From: Eubacteriales bacterium
GTDB lineage: Bacteria > Bacillota > Clostridia > Oscillospirales > JAAYXM01
Assembly (NCBI GenBank): GCA_045636205.1
Contig: JAZTXE010000058.1
Coordinates: 1 to 57,315, forward strand
Direction: 5' to 3'
DNA: 57,315 nucleotides
Shown: positions 1 to 8,687 of the stretch, piece after piece
How the letters are laid out: each line of letters starts with the position of its first letter
Numbering within the stretch: the first letter of the stretch is position 1
The notes under the pieces: generated by a model
Told to the model about the DNA's origin: nothing
Seen by the model: the letters and a program-made list of their open reading frames with translations, nothing else
The model's database searches: none
Made by a program: the position numbers and the translations under genes

Positions 1-65
1 GAAGGGCGTCATGATCGGCTCTGTTAAAGGCTAAGTTTTACTCGGAATATAATTTACTGACTTTG

Positions 66-97
66 AAAGACCGCGGATGTTTCATCCGCGGTCTTTT
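66..97 (+). terminator. Rho-independent terminator for a + strand gene ending at the left window edge
   Basis: Stem AAAGACCGCGGATG / CATCCGCGGTCTTT (66-79 / 83-96) with a 3-nt loop, running into TTTTG. In-frame stops lie at 25-27 or 32-34 depending on the frame of the truncated upstream gene. Confidence 0.5.
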
Positions 98-101
98 GCA
101 T

Positions 102-130
102 GCAAAAAGGCGCACATCAAATGATGTGCG
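102..130 (-). terminator. Rho-independent terminator of the oxidoreductase gene
   Basis: Stem CGCACATCA / TGATGTGCG (111-119 / 122-130). On the minus strand it is followed by CCTTTTTGC. It lies 23 nt after the stop at 153. Confidence 0.6.
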
Positions 131-152
131 GCTTCTGTAGCTGTTCTGTATT

Positions 153-1124
153 TTATGCGTTGTCGTCAGCAAATTTCTGAATTTCCAGAACCTGGCGCTG
201 AGACTTAAGAATATCGTCAGTGTTAAGACGAGTCTTAATGCCATTGATTTCATCGATAAGATTCTCAACCAGCGGAGCCTCTATCGCGTCAAGCTCAATA
301 ATCTCTTCCTTGTCTGTGTAAATGCGGATAACCTTTTCAGCGTAGTTAAAGCGCATCATACCTTCAAGTCCCCAAATGGTAAACTCCCAATAAGTGGGGA
401 GAGTTACATTGCATGCCGGGGATGCATAGGATACGTCTGCGGAGATAGTAAAATCGCCCATCTCGGCAACGAACTGACCGCAATCTTTAAAATGCGGATG
501 CTTGTCTGCGTATAAATTCCAAGTCTTTGCGTAATTTACCTTTGAAAGCTCCTTGCCGGTCATGTATCTGAACAGGTCAACACCGTGGATTGCAATGTCA
601 TTGATTGTTCCGCCATGGCAGCCCTCTTCAAAATACCAGCCCGGACGAGTGCCGTAAGCTAAGCAGTGCTGTGCAGTGAATGCCCCGATAGTGAGCTTTC
701 CGATTTTTCCTGCCTCAATAAGCTCTTTTGCCTTTTCGGTATAGTGAGCATAGCGCAAATCAAGCATGCACAGTACAACCAAACCGGTCTCCTTGTGCAG
801 CCTCTCAATTTCATCAAGCTCCTTTAAGTCTGTGCAAATAGGCTTGTCGCAGATAACGTGCTTACCTGCCTTGAGAGCCTGTATAACCATCTGACCGCGG
901 ATGCTGTAGTAGTCGCCGATTGCAACGACTTCTACGTTCTTATCGTTTAAAACATCCTCGTATGTAGCGTGAGTGAAGTTTACGTTATGAGTGCTTACCG
1001 CCTTGTTGCGAGCGTCCTCATTTGCTTCGTAGCAAGCTACGATGTTGGTATCCGGATTCTTTTCTGCCATTTCATATAACGTCATGATATGATAATGTCT
1101 GAATCCTGCGAATGCTATATTCAT
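153..1124 (-). CDS. Gfo/Idh/MocA family NAD(P)-dependent oxidoreductase
   Basis: 323-aa ORF. The N-terminal Rossmann-type segment (MNIAFAGFRHYH...VVAIGDYY...ALKAGKHVICDKP) is typical of the family. An AGGAG-type RBS (aaaggagag) precedes the ATG. Confidence 0.85.
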   Translation of the reverse strand: MNIAFAGFRHYHIMTLYEMAEKNPDTNIVACYEANEDARNKAVSTHNVNFTHATYEDVLNDKNVEVVAIGDYYSIRGQMVIQALKAGKHVICDKPICTDLKELDEIERLHKETGLVVLCMLDLRYAHYTEKAKELIEAGKIGKLTIGAFTAQHCLAYGTRPGWYFEEGCHGGTINDIAIHGVDLFRYMTGKELSKVNYAKTWNLYADKHPHFKDCGQFVAEMGDFTISADVSYASPACNVTLPTYWEFTIWGLEGMMRFNYAEKVIRIYTDKEEIIELDAIEAPLVENLIDEINGIKTRLNTDDILKSQRQVLEIQKFADDNA

Positions 1125-1245
1125 TAATAATCTCTCCTTTGACTTTTTTATTTAGCAGTCAAAGTATACATGAATTTAATAATACTTTCAATAATTATCC
1201 TTGAAATTCGGAAGATAAGTCAATAGAAAAATTGAAAAATTAAAG

Positions 1246-1289
1246 TGAAAAAAATAAAGCCGCTGACCTGATGTGCGACCAGCGGCTTT
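1246..1289 (-). terminator. Rho-independent terminator of copA
   Basis: Stem AAAGCCGCTG / CAGCGGCTTT (1256-1265 / 1280-1289). On the minus strand it is followed by TTTATTTTTTTC. It lies 11 nt after the copA stop. Confidence 0.7.
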
Positions 1290-1299
1290 AATACAATAT

Positions 1300-3789
1300 T
1301 TACTCAACGGTATAGCCTTGCGCTTCTACGGCTTTTTTCAAAACCTCCTCCGAAACATCGCGGGAGAGCTTTACCGTTGCAGTTGCGGTCTCATGGCTCG
1401 GTACTGCCTCAACAACACCGTCAATTTCCTCTAAACATTTTTTAACGCGGGCCTCGCAGTGTGGGCACATCATGCCTTGAATTTTAAGTATTTTCTCCAT
1501 TTCTTCATTCTCCTTCTTTTTAAATTTCATTTTTCTGTCCTTAGCAGCACTTCGGATATTTGTTAAATTAAGCCGCAGTGCATTACTTACAACACATATG
1601 CTCGATAAGCTCATTGCCGCCGCGCCGAACATCGGATTTAATTTAAGCCCGAATACGGGAATCCATACACCCGCGGCGAGCGGTATGCATATTACGTTAT
1701 AAATAAACGCCCAAAACAGGTTCTCGTAAATATTCTTAAGTGTAGCACGGCTTAAGCGGATGGCAGCAGGGATGTCCGAGAGCGTATTTTTCATTAAAAC
1801 AATATCCGCCGCATCTATCGCAATATCAGTTCCCGCACCGATTGCAATGCCTATGTCCGCGCTTGCCAGTGCGGGGGCATCGTTTATTCCGTCACCCACC
1901 ATCGCGCATTTTCCGCGTGCTTTAAGCTCGCGGATAATGCGCTCTTTGTCGTCGGGCAGAACACCTGCATATACTTCATCAACACCTGTAATCTCCTTTA
2001 CCGCGGCGGCGGTCCTCTCATTGTCACCGGTGAGCATTACAACATGTATCCCCATATTTTGAAGCTCTCGTATTGCCTCGGGGCTCGAGGGCTTTATTGT
2101 GTCAAACACAGCTATTATGCCAATAAGTGAATCGCCCTTTGCAAAGAAAAGGGGAGTTTTTCCTTGGGCAGTCAATGTATCATACGCAGTCTTCATTTCG
2201 GCGGGGATTTTAATTTTTTCAGAAATGAATTTAAAGCTCCCGCCTGAAATTTCCGCACCGTCAATTACCGCGCTCAATCCGTTTCCGGGCAGGACTTTAA
2301 AATCTGTACTTTCTTTAGGTTCACAAGCTTGCTTCTCCGCTTCCTTTACCACCGCTTGCGCAAGCGGATGCTCGCTTTTAACCTCAAGCGAATATGCAAG
2401 CCTTAAAAGTTCGTCTGCGGAAAAACCATCCGCAGGCAATATATCCGTTACCTCGGGCTCACCTTTTGTTATGGTTCCGGTTTTGTCCAGTGCTACAATA
2501 CGCGTCTTTCCGGCAGCTTCAAGTGCAGCGGCGGTTTTAAATAAAATTCCCGATTTTGCACCCACACCGTTACCCACCATAATGGCAACCGGTGTTGCAA
2601 GCCCGAGCGCGCAAGGACAGCTTATTACTAAAACCGAAATACTGCGCGCCAAAGCAAAACCTACGCTCTCACCCAAAACTAACCATACAATGAGTGTTAT
2701 CATCGCAATCCCGATAACTATCGGCACAAAAACACCCGATACCTTGTCCGCCGCCTTGGCAATAGGTGCCTTGCTCGCGGCGGCATCGCTTACCATTTGA
2801 ATTATCCTGGAGAGGAGAGTGTCTTCGCCAACTTTGGTCGCGCGGCATTTAATGTAACCGGACGTATTTACTGTCGCTGCGGAAACCAAATCGCCCACAT
2901 CCTTGTCAACCGGGATGCTTTCACCTGTGAGCGCAGATTCGTTTATCGAACATTGTCCTTCTATGATAACACCGTCAGCAGGTATGCTCATGCCGGGTTT
3001 TACTATGAAAATATCCCCGACTTTAATCTCATCTGCAGGTATTTCCTTTTCCACACCATCCACTGAAACTAAGGCTGCCTTCGGTGCAAGGTTTACAAGC
3101 CCCTTAAGCGCACTTGTCGTCTTACCCTTGGAACGTGCTTCGAGCATTTTGCCAACGGTTATTAAAACAAGAATCATCGCGGCGGACTCAAAGTAAAATT
3201 CGTGCATATATGACATAACCGCTTGTACGTCGCCTGTGAGCGCAAAATCCGTCATCGCAAACAGCGCGTAAACGCTGTAAATAAATGATGCTCCCGAGCC
3301 TAAAGCGACGAGCGTATCCATATTTGGTGCACGTTTTGCAAGGCCTTTAAAACCGTTTACAAAAAACTTTTTATTTATAACCATTATAGCTGCCGCAAGA
3401 AGCATCTGCGTTATGCCGATTGCAATGTAATTTCCGTCAAAAAAGGCGGGCATGGGGAGCTTTAGCATATGCCCCATGGAAAAGTACATGAGCAAAATAA
3501 GAAAACCCAGCGAGGAAAAAAGCCGCCGCTTTAAATGCGGACCTTCTTTGTCCTCAAAAGAATCATCACCTGACTTTGCTTTGCGGTCAATTCCTTTCTC
3601 CGCTGCACCGTAGCCTGCCCTCTCCACTGCTGCGATAACTTCCTCAGGCGAAACTGTGCCGTCAACACTCATGGAATTCGTAAGAAGATTTACCGAGCAA
3701 GCGTCCACTCCGTCAAGTGCACACACTGCTTTTTCCACACGTGCACTGCATGCCGCACAGCTCATCCCGGTTACTGTAAATTGCCTCAT
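1300..3789 (-). CDS. copA: Copper(I)-translocating P1B-type ATPase with N-terminal and C-terminal HMA domains
   Basis: 829 aa. N-terminal GMSCAACSARVEKA, SCPCALGLATP (CPC), DKTGTIT, GDGINDAP, and YN / MSLSS transmembrane motifs. A second HMA (GMMCPHCEARVKK) sits in the last 66 aa. Confidence 0.95.
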   Translation of the reverse strand: MRQFTVTGMSCAACSARVEKAVCALDGVDACSVNLLTNSMSVDGTVSPEEVIAAVERAGYGAAEKGIDRKAKSGDDSFEDKEGPHLKRRLFSSLGFLILLMYFSMGHMLKLPMPAFFDGNYIAIGITQMLLAAAIMVINKKFFVNGFKGLAKRAPNMDTLVALGSGASFIYSVYALFAMTDFALTGDVQAVMSYMHEFYFESAAMILVLITVGKMLEARSKGKTTSALKGLVNLAPKAALVSVDGVEKEIPADEIKVGDIFIVKPGMSIPADGVIIEGQCSINESALTGESIPVDKDVGDLVSAATVNTSGYIKCRATKVGEDTLLSRIIQMVSDAAASKAPIAKAADKVSGVFVPIVIGIAMITLIVWLVLGESVGFALARSISVLVISCPCALGLATPVAIMVGNGVGAKSGILFKTAAALEAAGKTRIVALDKTGTITKGEPEVTDILPADGFSADELLRLAYSLEVKSEHPLAQAVVKEAEKQACEPKESTDFKVLPGNGLSAVIDGAEISGGSFKFISEKIKIPAEMKTAYDTLTAQGKTPLFFAKGDSLIGIIAVFDTIKPSSPEAIRELQNMGIHVVMLTGDNERTAAAVKEITGVDEVYAGVLPDDKERIIRELKARGKCAMVGDGINDAPALASADIGIAIGAGTDIAIDAADIVLMKNTLSDIPAAIRLSRATLKNIYENLFWAFIYNVICIPLAAGVWIPVFGLKLNPMFGAAAMSLSSICVVSNALRLNLTNIRSAAKDRKMKFKKKENEEMEKILKIQGMMCPHCEARVKKCLEEIDGVVEAVPSHETATATVKLSRDVSEEVLKKAVEAQGYTVE

Positions 3790-3884
3790 ATTAAACCATC
3801 CCTACTTGCAATATTCCTGTAAGCTCCTCAAACGTTTCTTAAATACAATCATATTATACTCAAAAAAGCACAGTTTGTATAGAA

Positions 3885-4250
3885 CTATATCACGCTTATG
3901 AGTACAAAGCCTTTTAGCGGCTCAGGGATGTCATTTACGAGACAAAGACTCAGCGATGCACTTTTTGCCATGTCAGATAGAAAGATGACCGCACTGCCGC
4001 ATGGGTTGTTGCCCAAATCCCGCGTGGCGGGTATTTCGCGCTTGTTGAGGAAAAGTGCTGGACATGCATCCGGACTTTTGCAATTGGCTCTGTAGCAGAC
4101 AAAAAATGTTCCCTGGGAGCGGATGTCTATGTGCTCGGGATGTACTAAAACCAAATCCGGCAGTCCGTGCGGGATGTCGGAAAATTCTGCAATTGGGCTC
4201 TCCTTGGTGTTTGCGTAAAACGGAACAAGCGCGAAGCGGTCAGGCGGCAT
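3885..4250 (-). CDS. Hypothetical protein (about 121 aa, five Cys), function unknown
   Basis: This is the only protein-like reading frame in the 3.8-4.3 kb gap. GAAAGG lies about 11 nt before the ATG at 4250, and the ORF track starts it at a GTG at 4259. I recognise no family motif. The two + strand ORFs here look like shadow frames. Confidence 0.4.
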   Translation of the reverse strand: MPPDRFALVPFYANTKESPIAEFSDIPHGLPDLVLVHPEHIDIRSQGTFFVCYRANCKSPDACPALFLNKREIPATRDLGNNPCGSAVIFLSDMAKSASLSLCLVNDIPEPLKGFVLISVI

Positions 4251-4318
4251 AAAATACACATTCCTTTCTCAGTGTGATTAATGTATTTTATGCCGTTGCC
4301 GTGTTTGGTGCCACCGTA

Positions 4319-5383
4319 TTAAAATGATGAAAAATATGCCTCGTTATGTATTACTGCAGGATCAGTTGGTTTGCATGATGCCGCCTTTTGATGATAAAGG
4401 CGCGCGTTGGGAATATCCCCTAAACGGTCATAGCAAACGCAAAGCTGAAGATAGGGTATAAAGTCATAGCAGTCGGGGAGAACAAAAGCTCCTGAGTTGT
4501 CACTTCTCGGCAGGGTAGTAGCAAGGCGATACCAGAATATAGCCGTGTTATAGTCGCGGATGTTGAAAAAATATTCGCCTATATCGCAGCAAATCTCCGC
4601 GCGCGGCGGTGCGACAGAAAAACTTTTAAGAAGTGCATCAATCGCCTTTTTACTTTGGTTTAAGGAAAGATAAACCCGATAAAGCATTCGGCAAGCCTCA
4701 ATGCGGTTTTCAATCCACGCGGAAGCGTCATTGATTACATTAAAAAAATACTCTGCGGCTTGACAGTAACAGCCGGTGTAATAGAGTTCGCGCGCATAGT
4801 AGAATGTCTCACGCGGGGATAGCTCAATTCCGTCGCTTAGCAGTTTTTCAAAAATGCGCAGGTTTCGTCCGGGCTCCGGATTCCTTTCCTTGCGATGGAG
4901 TATTGCCGCGTCTAAATACTCAATTTGACCGCGCGGAGTAATGGCTTCGTGTACCGCACCCGACCAGGTAAAATCCGCACTGCGCTTTAAAAGCCGTTCT
5001 CTGTAGTAGGTGAAGGTAGGTGAACCTGAAGCGTCAAATTCCGTGTGGTACCGGAGCATCACAACGTCGGGCGAGCTTTCGGAGTCTTTCCATGCAATGA
5101 GCTTTTTAACGTCTTCGGGCAATATGACATCATCAGCATCAATCCACATCTGGTAATCCATTTTAGCCTTTGAGAAGGCAAAATTACGTGCCTTTGAGAA
5201 ATCATCCTGCCAGCTGAAATTGAAGATTAAATCCGTAAACTCGCGCGCCTTTTCTACGGTTTTATCGTTTGAGCCCGTATCAACTATAATTATCTCATCT
5301 GCAAGCTCCTGCACGCAGCTGAGTGCGCGCGGCAAAACGTCCTCCTCATCCTTTACTATCATGCATAGACTTATTGTTTTCAC
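4319..5383 (-). CDS. Family 2 glycosyltransferase with C-terminal TPR-like helical domain
   Basis: 354 aa. N-terminal GT-A signature: SLCMIVKDEEDVLPRAL...DEIIIVDTGSNDKT...DDFSKARNFAF...WIDADDV. The C-terminal half is helical-repeat like (YYARELYYTGCY..., AIFWYRLA). Confidence 0.85.
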   Translation of the reverse strand: MKTISLCMIVKDEEDVLPRALSCVQELADEIIIVDTGSNDKTVEKAREFTDLIFNFSWQDDFSKARNFAFSKAKMDYQMWIDADDVILPEDVKKLIAWKDSESSPDVVMLRYHTEFDASGSPTFTYYRERLLKRSADFTWSGAVHEAITPRGQIEYLDAAILHRKERNPEPGRNLRIFEKLLSDGIELSPRETFYYARELYYTGCYCQAAEYFFNVINDASAWIENRIEACRMLYRVYLSLNQSKKAIDALLKSFSVAPPRAEICCDIGEYFFNIRDYNTAIFWYRLATTLPRSDNSGAFVLPDCYDFIPYLQLCVCYDRLGDIPNARLYHQKAASCKPTDPAVIHNEAYFSSF

Positions 5384-5452
5384 TTTGCGTCACCGCCTCT
5401 TTTTTCATAGTACTAAATTCTATGCGAAAAAATCCGCGGATATATTTGATTG

Positions 5453-5492
5453 AGAAAAAATCCCCATGCAGAGCATAAAGCCTGCATGGGGA
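5453..5492 (-). terminator. Rho-independent terminator of glmS
   Basis: Stem TCCCCATGCAG / CTGCATGGGGA (5461-5471 / 5482-5492). On the minus strand it is followed by TTTTTTCTC. Confidence 0.75.
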
Positions 5493-5500
5493 CTGCTGCG

Positions 5501-7330
5501 CTATTCTACTGTAACGGATTTTGCCAGATTTCGCGGTTTATCCACATCACATCCGCGTTCAACTGCTATATAATACGAAAGCAGTTGTAAAGCTATAACT
5601 GATTGGGTGGGTGAAAAGATTTCCTCGCATTCCGGAATTTCAAGAACATAGTCTGCAATTTCTTCAAACATTTTTGAATGCTGCTTAAAGACAATTGCAA
5701 AAACTTTTCCACCGCGCGCCTTTACCTCTTTTATATTTGAAATCATCTTTTCTATAAGTGAGCTTTGCGTTGCAAGGGCTACAATAAGAGAGTTATTTTC
5801 AACAAGTGCTATTGTGCCATGCTTTAGCTCACCGGCAGCATATGCTTCGCTGCGTATGTAAGAGATTTCTTTCAGCTTTAAAGAACCTTCCATTGCTACC
5901 GCGTAATCCACACCGCGACCGATAAAAAAGATGTCCTTTAAATTATGAAAGATAGAAGCGTAGTATTGAAGCTGCGGCTTGTTTTTTAGCATATCATCTG
6001 CATATATATCAAGCTTTAATATTGCATCGGAAAGCTCCTTGGCACGTTGCGCCGAAATCCTTTTTTGCGAAAGCCCAAGCTTTACGGCTATCAAATAAAT
6101 AAGGCTCAATTGAGTTGAATACGCTTTAGTTGTGGCAACTGCAATTTCAGGGCCTGCCCAGGTGTAAAGAACGTAATCGGCTTCGCGCGCAATTGTGCTT
6201 CCTACAACATTCACTATTGCCAAGACCGGAACGCCGTGTCTCTTAGCTTCGCGCAGGGCTGCCAAAGTATCCGCGGTCTCGCCCGATTGGCTTATTATAA
6301 TGCATAGATCGTCCTTGTCAAGAATCGGTGAACGATACCGAAACTCAGAAGCCAAATCCCATTCAACCGGGACGCGGGCAAGCTGTTCGATAAGATATTT
6401 TCCCACCATTCCGACATGTGCCGCACTTCCACAGGCAACAATATGAATGCGTTTGCGCTCGCGCAGAAAATCATCCGTAATTCCCGCGTCATTAAATGTA
6501 ATAAAGCCGTCTCTGATGCGCGGACTTACAGTATCGCGTATCGCCTTTGGCTGCTCGAAAATTTCCTTTAGCATAAAATGTTCATAACCGCATTTCTCGG
6601 CAGCTTGGATATTCCAGTCAACCGTGAAGGGCTCTTTGGAAATCAATTCGCCGTCAACACCGAATATCTGAATATGCTCAGAAGTCAGGCACGCTATCTC
6701 TTCGTCCTCAAGAAGAATATACCTGTCAGTATACTCAAGAACGGCAGGGATGTCCGATGCGATAAAATTCTCTCCGCTTCCTATGCCTATTACCAAAGGA
6801 CTGTCATGCCGAGTGGCTATTATTTCCCCTGGCTTATCCGCACACAAAATCCCAAGCGCATATGAGCCTTTCAGCCTGGAAGTGACCTTGGAAACCGTTT
6901 GGACTATATCGCCGTTATAATAGTAGTCCATAAGATGAGCGATAACTTCAGTATCAGTATCTGAAAGGAAACGGTATCCGCGGCTGATAAGCTTTTCTTT
7001 TAAGTCGGCATAATTTTCTATTATGCCATTGTGAACAACCGCTATGTGACCGCTACCGCTTAAATGCGGATGGGAATTGAGATCTGTGGGTTCGCCGTGC
7101 GTTGCCCACCGAGTATGCCCGATTCCGCAATGAGTATCCGGAAAATTCTCCTGAGCAACTCTTTCCTCTAAAACATCAAGCCGACCTTTAGTTTTTACAA
7201 CCTGAATGTCATTTTCGCCAAAAAAAGCGATACCTGCGGAGTCATACCCACGATACTCCAGTTTTTTCAATCCGTTAAGCAAAACCGACAGCGCACTGCG
7301 CGAACCGGTAAATCCTACGATTCCGCACAT
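5501..7330 (-). CDS. glmS: Glutamine--fructose-6-phosphate aminotransferase (isomerizing)
   Basis: 609 aa. N-terminal MCGIVG class-II amidotransferase start, two SIS domains, and the C-terminal ...KPRNLAKSVTVE end typical of GlmS. Confidence 0.97.
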   Translation of the reverse strand: MCGIVGFTGSRSALSVLLNGLKKLEYRGYDSAGIAFFGENDIQVVKTKGRLDVLEERVAQENFPDTHCGIGHTRWATHGEPTDLNSHPHLSGSGHIAVVHNGIIENYADLKEKLISRGYRFLSDTDTEVIAHLMDYYYNGDIVQTVSKVTSRLKGSYALGILCADKPGEIIATRHDSPLVIGIGSGENFIASDIPAVLEYTDRYILLEDEEIACLTSEHIQIFGVDGELISKEPFTVDWNIQAAEKCGYEHFMLKEIFEQPKAIRDTVSPRIRDGFITFNDAGITDDFLRERKRIHIVACGSAAHVGMVGKYLIEQLARVPVEWDLASEFRYRSPILDKDDLCIIISQSGETADTLAALREAKRHGVPVLAIVNVVGSTIAREADYVLYTWAGPEIAVATTKAYSTQLSLIYLIAVKLGLSQKRISAQRAKELSDAILKLDIYADDMLKNKPQLQYYASIFHNLKDIFFIGRGVDYAVAMEGSLKLKEISYIRSEAYAAGELKHGTIALVENNSLIVALATQSSLIEKMISNIKEVKARGGKVFAIVFKQHSKMFEEIADYVLEIPECEEIFSPTQSVIALQLLSYYIAVERGCDVDKPRNLAKSVTVE

Positions 7331-7394
7331 GATTTTAAAACCTCCGTAAATAAAAAGTTTAAAACGTGCACCTCAGCTTTGAGTTTGAAAATCG

Positions 7395-7550
7395 CCGCAG
7401 ATATGCCATTTGTCCCCACGGTTACCCATGGTATTTGAGGCATATCCGTTTCAACCCGCGGCGCGGTAGGTTGGGAGGCGTCCGCCGAAAACAGTTCGAT
7501 AACCTCCATCCTCGTCAACCGCAAGAAAAATCTTGCGGTTCTGGCGCTTT
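7395..7550 (-). ncRNA. glmS ribozyme (GlcN6P-dependent self-cleaving riboswitch) in the glmS 5' leader
   Basis: The minus strand reads AAAGCGCCAGAACCGCAAG...GACGAGGAUGGAGGUUAUCGAACUGUUUUCGGCGGACGCCUCCC...GAUAUGCC...GGCAUAUC. The cleavage-site AGCGCC and the core GACGAGGA/GGAGGUUAUCGAA/UUUCGGCGGA/GCCUCCC blocks match the Bacillus glmS ribozyme as I recall it. Confidence 0.9.
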
Positions 7551-7634
7551 AATTATTCAATTTTTCGATTCATAGGTTTTTCCCACGTCCCTTCAATTTC
7601 TTTAATCTATCTCCACTGAGGAACACCGCTATAA

Positions 7635-7664
7635 ATTATACATTACAGCATATGTTGAGTGCAA
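7635..7664 (-). promoter_or_regulatory. Candidate sigma-A promoter for the glmS ribozyme/glmS transcript
   Basis: Minus strand TTGCAC (7664-7659), 18-nt spacer, TATAAT (7640-7635), about 85 nt upstream of the ribozyme cleavage site. Confidence 0.5.
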
Positions 7665-7667
7665 GTG

Positions 7668-7712
7668 GGAATTTAAATAAAAATAAACGGATGCGGCATT
7701 ACGCACCCGTTT
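7668..7712 (-). terminator. Rho-independent terminator of the HAD hydrolase gene
   Basis: Stem AAACGG(A)TGCG / CGCA(C)CCGTTT (7685-7695 / 7702-7712). On the minus strand it is followed by TTTATTTTTATTT. Confidence 0.65.
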
Positions 7713-7726
7713 ACTGCATAAATGAT

Positions 7727-8389
7727 CTATTTTACAAAAAATTTCTTCATGTCATCAATCGACTCGGCTTTAAATGCGCATGGGAAACCGTCAAACTCAT
7801 CGTCCTTCGGCGCAGCATATGCGGCGGCGACAAAATCCATACCCAGTTTTGCCGCAGCCTCCGCGTCATGAGCGCGATGCCCTACCATAACCGCGTCACG
7901 CGGATTGTCAATCCCAAGAAGCTCTAAAGCATACGGCAACGCCTCATCCTTTTCCGTGCGGCGTCCGTCAAGCTCACTGCCTGAGACCGCGTCAAACAGA
8001 GTCTCTATTCCAAAATGCACAAGCACGCGGTTTATATGTACATGCGGCTTTGAAGATGCAATCGCAAGCTTAATACCTTGCTCTTTAAGCGTTTTAAGAA
8101 GGTCTGCTATGCCGTAATAAAGCTTGTTTTCATACACTCCCTTAATAACCAAACGGTCGCGGAAACGCTTCAGCGCTTCTTCGCTCTGCTCGGCAGTCAA
8201 GCCGTAAAGAGCTTCTACGCTTTTGCGAAAAGGCGACCCGATGAAAATTTTAAGGTTCTCCAAATTCGGCTCGCAAATGCCAAAACGCTGCAGCGCAAAC
8301 TGCACGGATTTTGTAATTCCCTCGAACGGATCGGTAAGTGTACCGTCAAGCTCGAAGAGAATAGCTTTATATTTCATGAAACTCAGCAC
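7727..8389 (-). CDS. HAD-IA family hydrolase (phosphoglycolate phosphatase-like)
   Basis: 220 aa. HAD motif I at ILFELDGTLTDP, motif II at IASSK and motif IV at MVGHRAHD. Confidence 0.85.
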   Translation of the reverse strand: MLSFMKYKAILFELDGTLTDPFEGITKSVQFALQRFGICEPNLENLKIFIGSPFRKSVEALYGLTAEQSEEALKRFRDRLVIKGVYENKLYYGIADLLKTLKEQGIKLAIASSKPHVHINRVLVHFGIETLFDAVSGSELDGRRTEKDEALPYALELLGIDNPRDAVMVGHRAHDAEAAAKLGMDFVAAAYAAPKDDEFDGFPCAFKAESIDDMKKFFVK

Positions 8390-8597
8390 GTCCCTTGCAA
8401 TGTAGTCTTATTTTAAAACGTCAATAAATTTCCCATAATATTATCCTACAATAAAGCCAAACAATCTATTCGAAAAAACACCAATTAAAACGGTTGGGTT
8501 GAATGTTTGGTTTGTGCGATATTACGAAAAGAGGTCATTTCATGCCGAAAACCGCAAAAAAAATAAAAAAATAACCTTGAAAAAGACCGTGTTTTTC

Positions 8598-8626
8598 TTG
8601 CAAAATAGGTGAAAAATTGATAAAAT
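8598..8626 (+). promoter_or_regulatory. Candidate sigma-A promoter for smc
   Basis: TTGCAA (8598-8603), 17 nt, TAAAAT (8621-8626). The region is A/T rich, so alternatives exist. Confidence 0.35.
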
Positions 8627-8687
8627 ATAATTTATTGATAATTTATTGTTTATATGATGAATGTAAATTTTGGCAGGAGTGGTGTGG

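Noticed and set aside
38-268. 76-aa ORF on the minus strand at the left edge
   Set aside because: It spans two terminator hairpins and the 3' end of the oxidoreductase gene. It has no RBS and a low-complexity composition, so it is a shadow ORF.
2099-2800. Long antisense ORFs inside real genes: 2099-2800(+), 15952-16632(-), 21752-22291(+), 33159-33695(-), 41291-42127(-), 44456-45040(-), 45210-45728(-), 48510-49001(+), 52883-53530(+), 54898-55557(-)
   Set aside because: Each lies fully or mostly opposite a confidently identified, motif-bearing gene (copA, LCP, ABC ATPase, PBP, murA, ftsZ, purL, uxuA, the Big_2 protein). Their translations are Ser/Arg/Cys/Ile-rich without recognisable motifs, which is typical of shadow frames.
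3790-3884. CopY/CsoR-type operator in the copA promoter region
   Set aside because: The minus strand has TATACA-17-TATAAT and a TACAAACTGTG element resembling the cop box TACAnnTGTA. However, the spacer is 3 nt rather than 2, and no CopY/CsoR gene is nearby. Support is insufficient.
3885-5383. Glycocin/RiPP biosynthetic cluster around the GT2-TPR gene
   Set aside because: There is no short leader-containing Cys-rich precursor ORF, no C39 peptidase-ABC exporter and no thiol-disulfide oxidoreductase in the vicinity. The 121-aa neighbour is too long and lacks the nested C-X6-C pattern.
8542-8574. 10-codon ORF MPKTAKKIKK with an AGAGG RBS upstream of smc
   Set aside because: It is too short and lies in an A-rich low-complexity stretch. 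There is nothing to separate it from chance.
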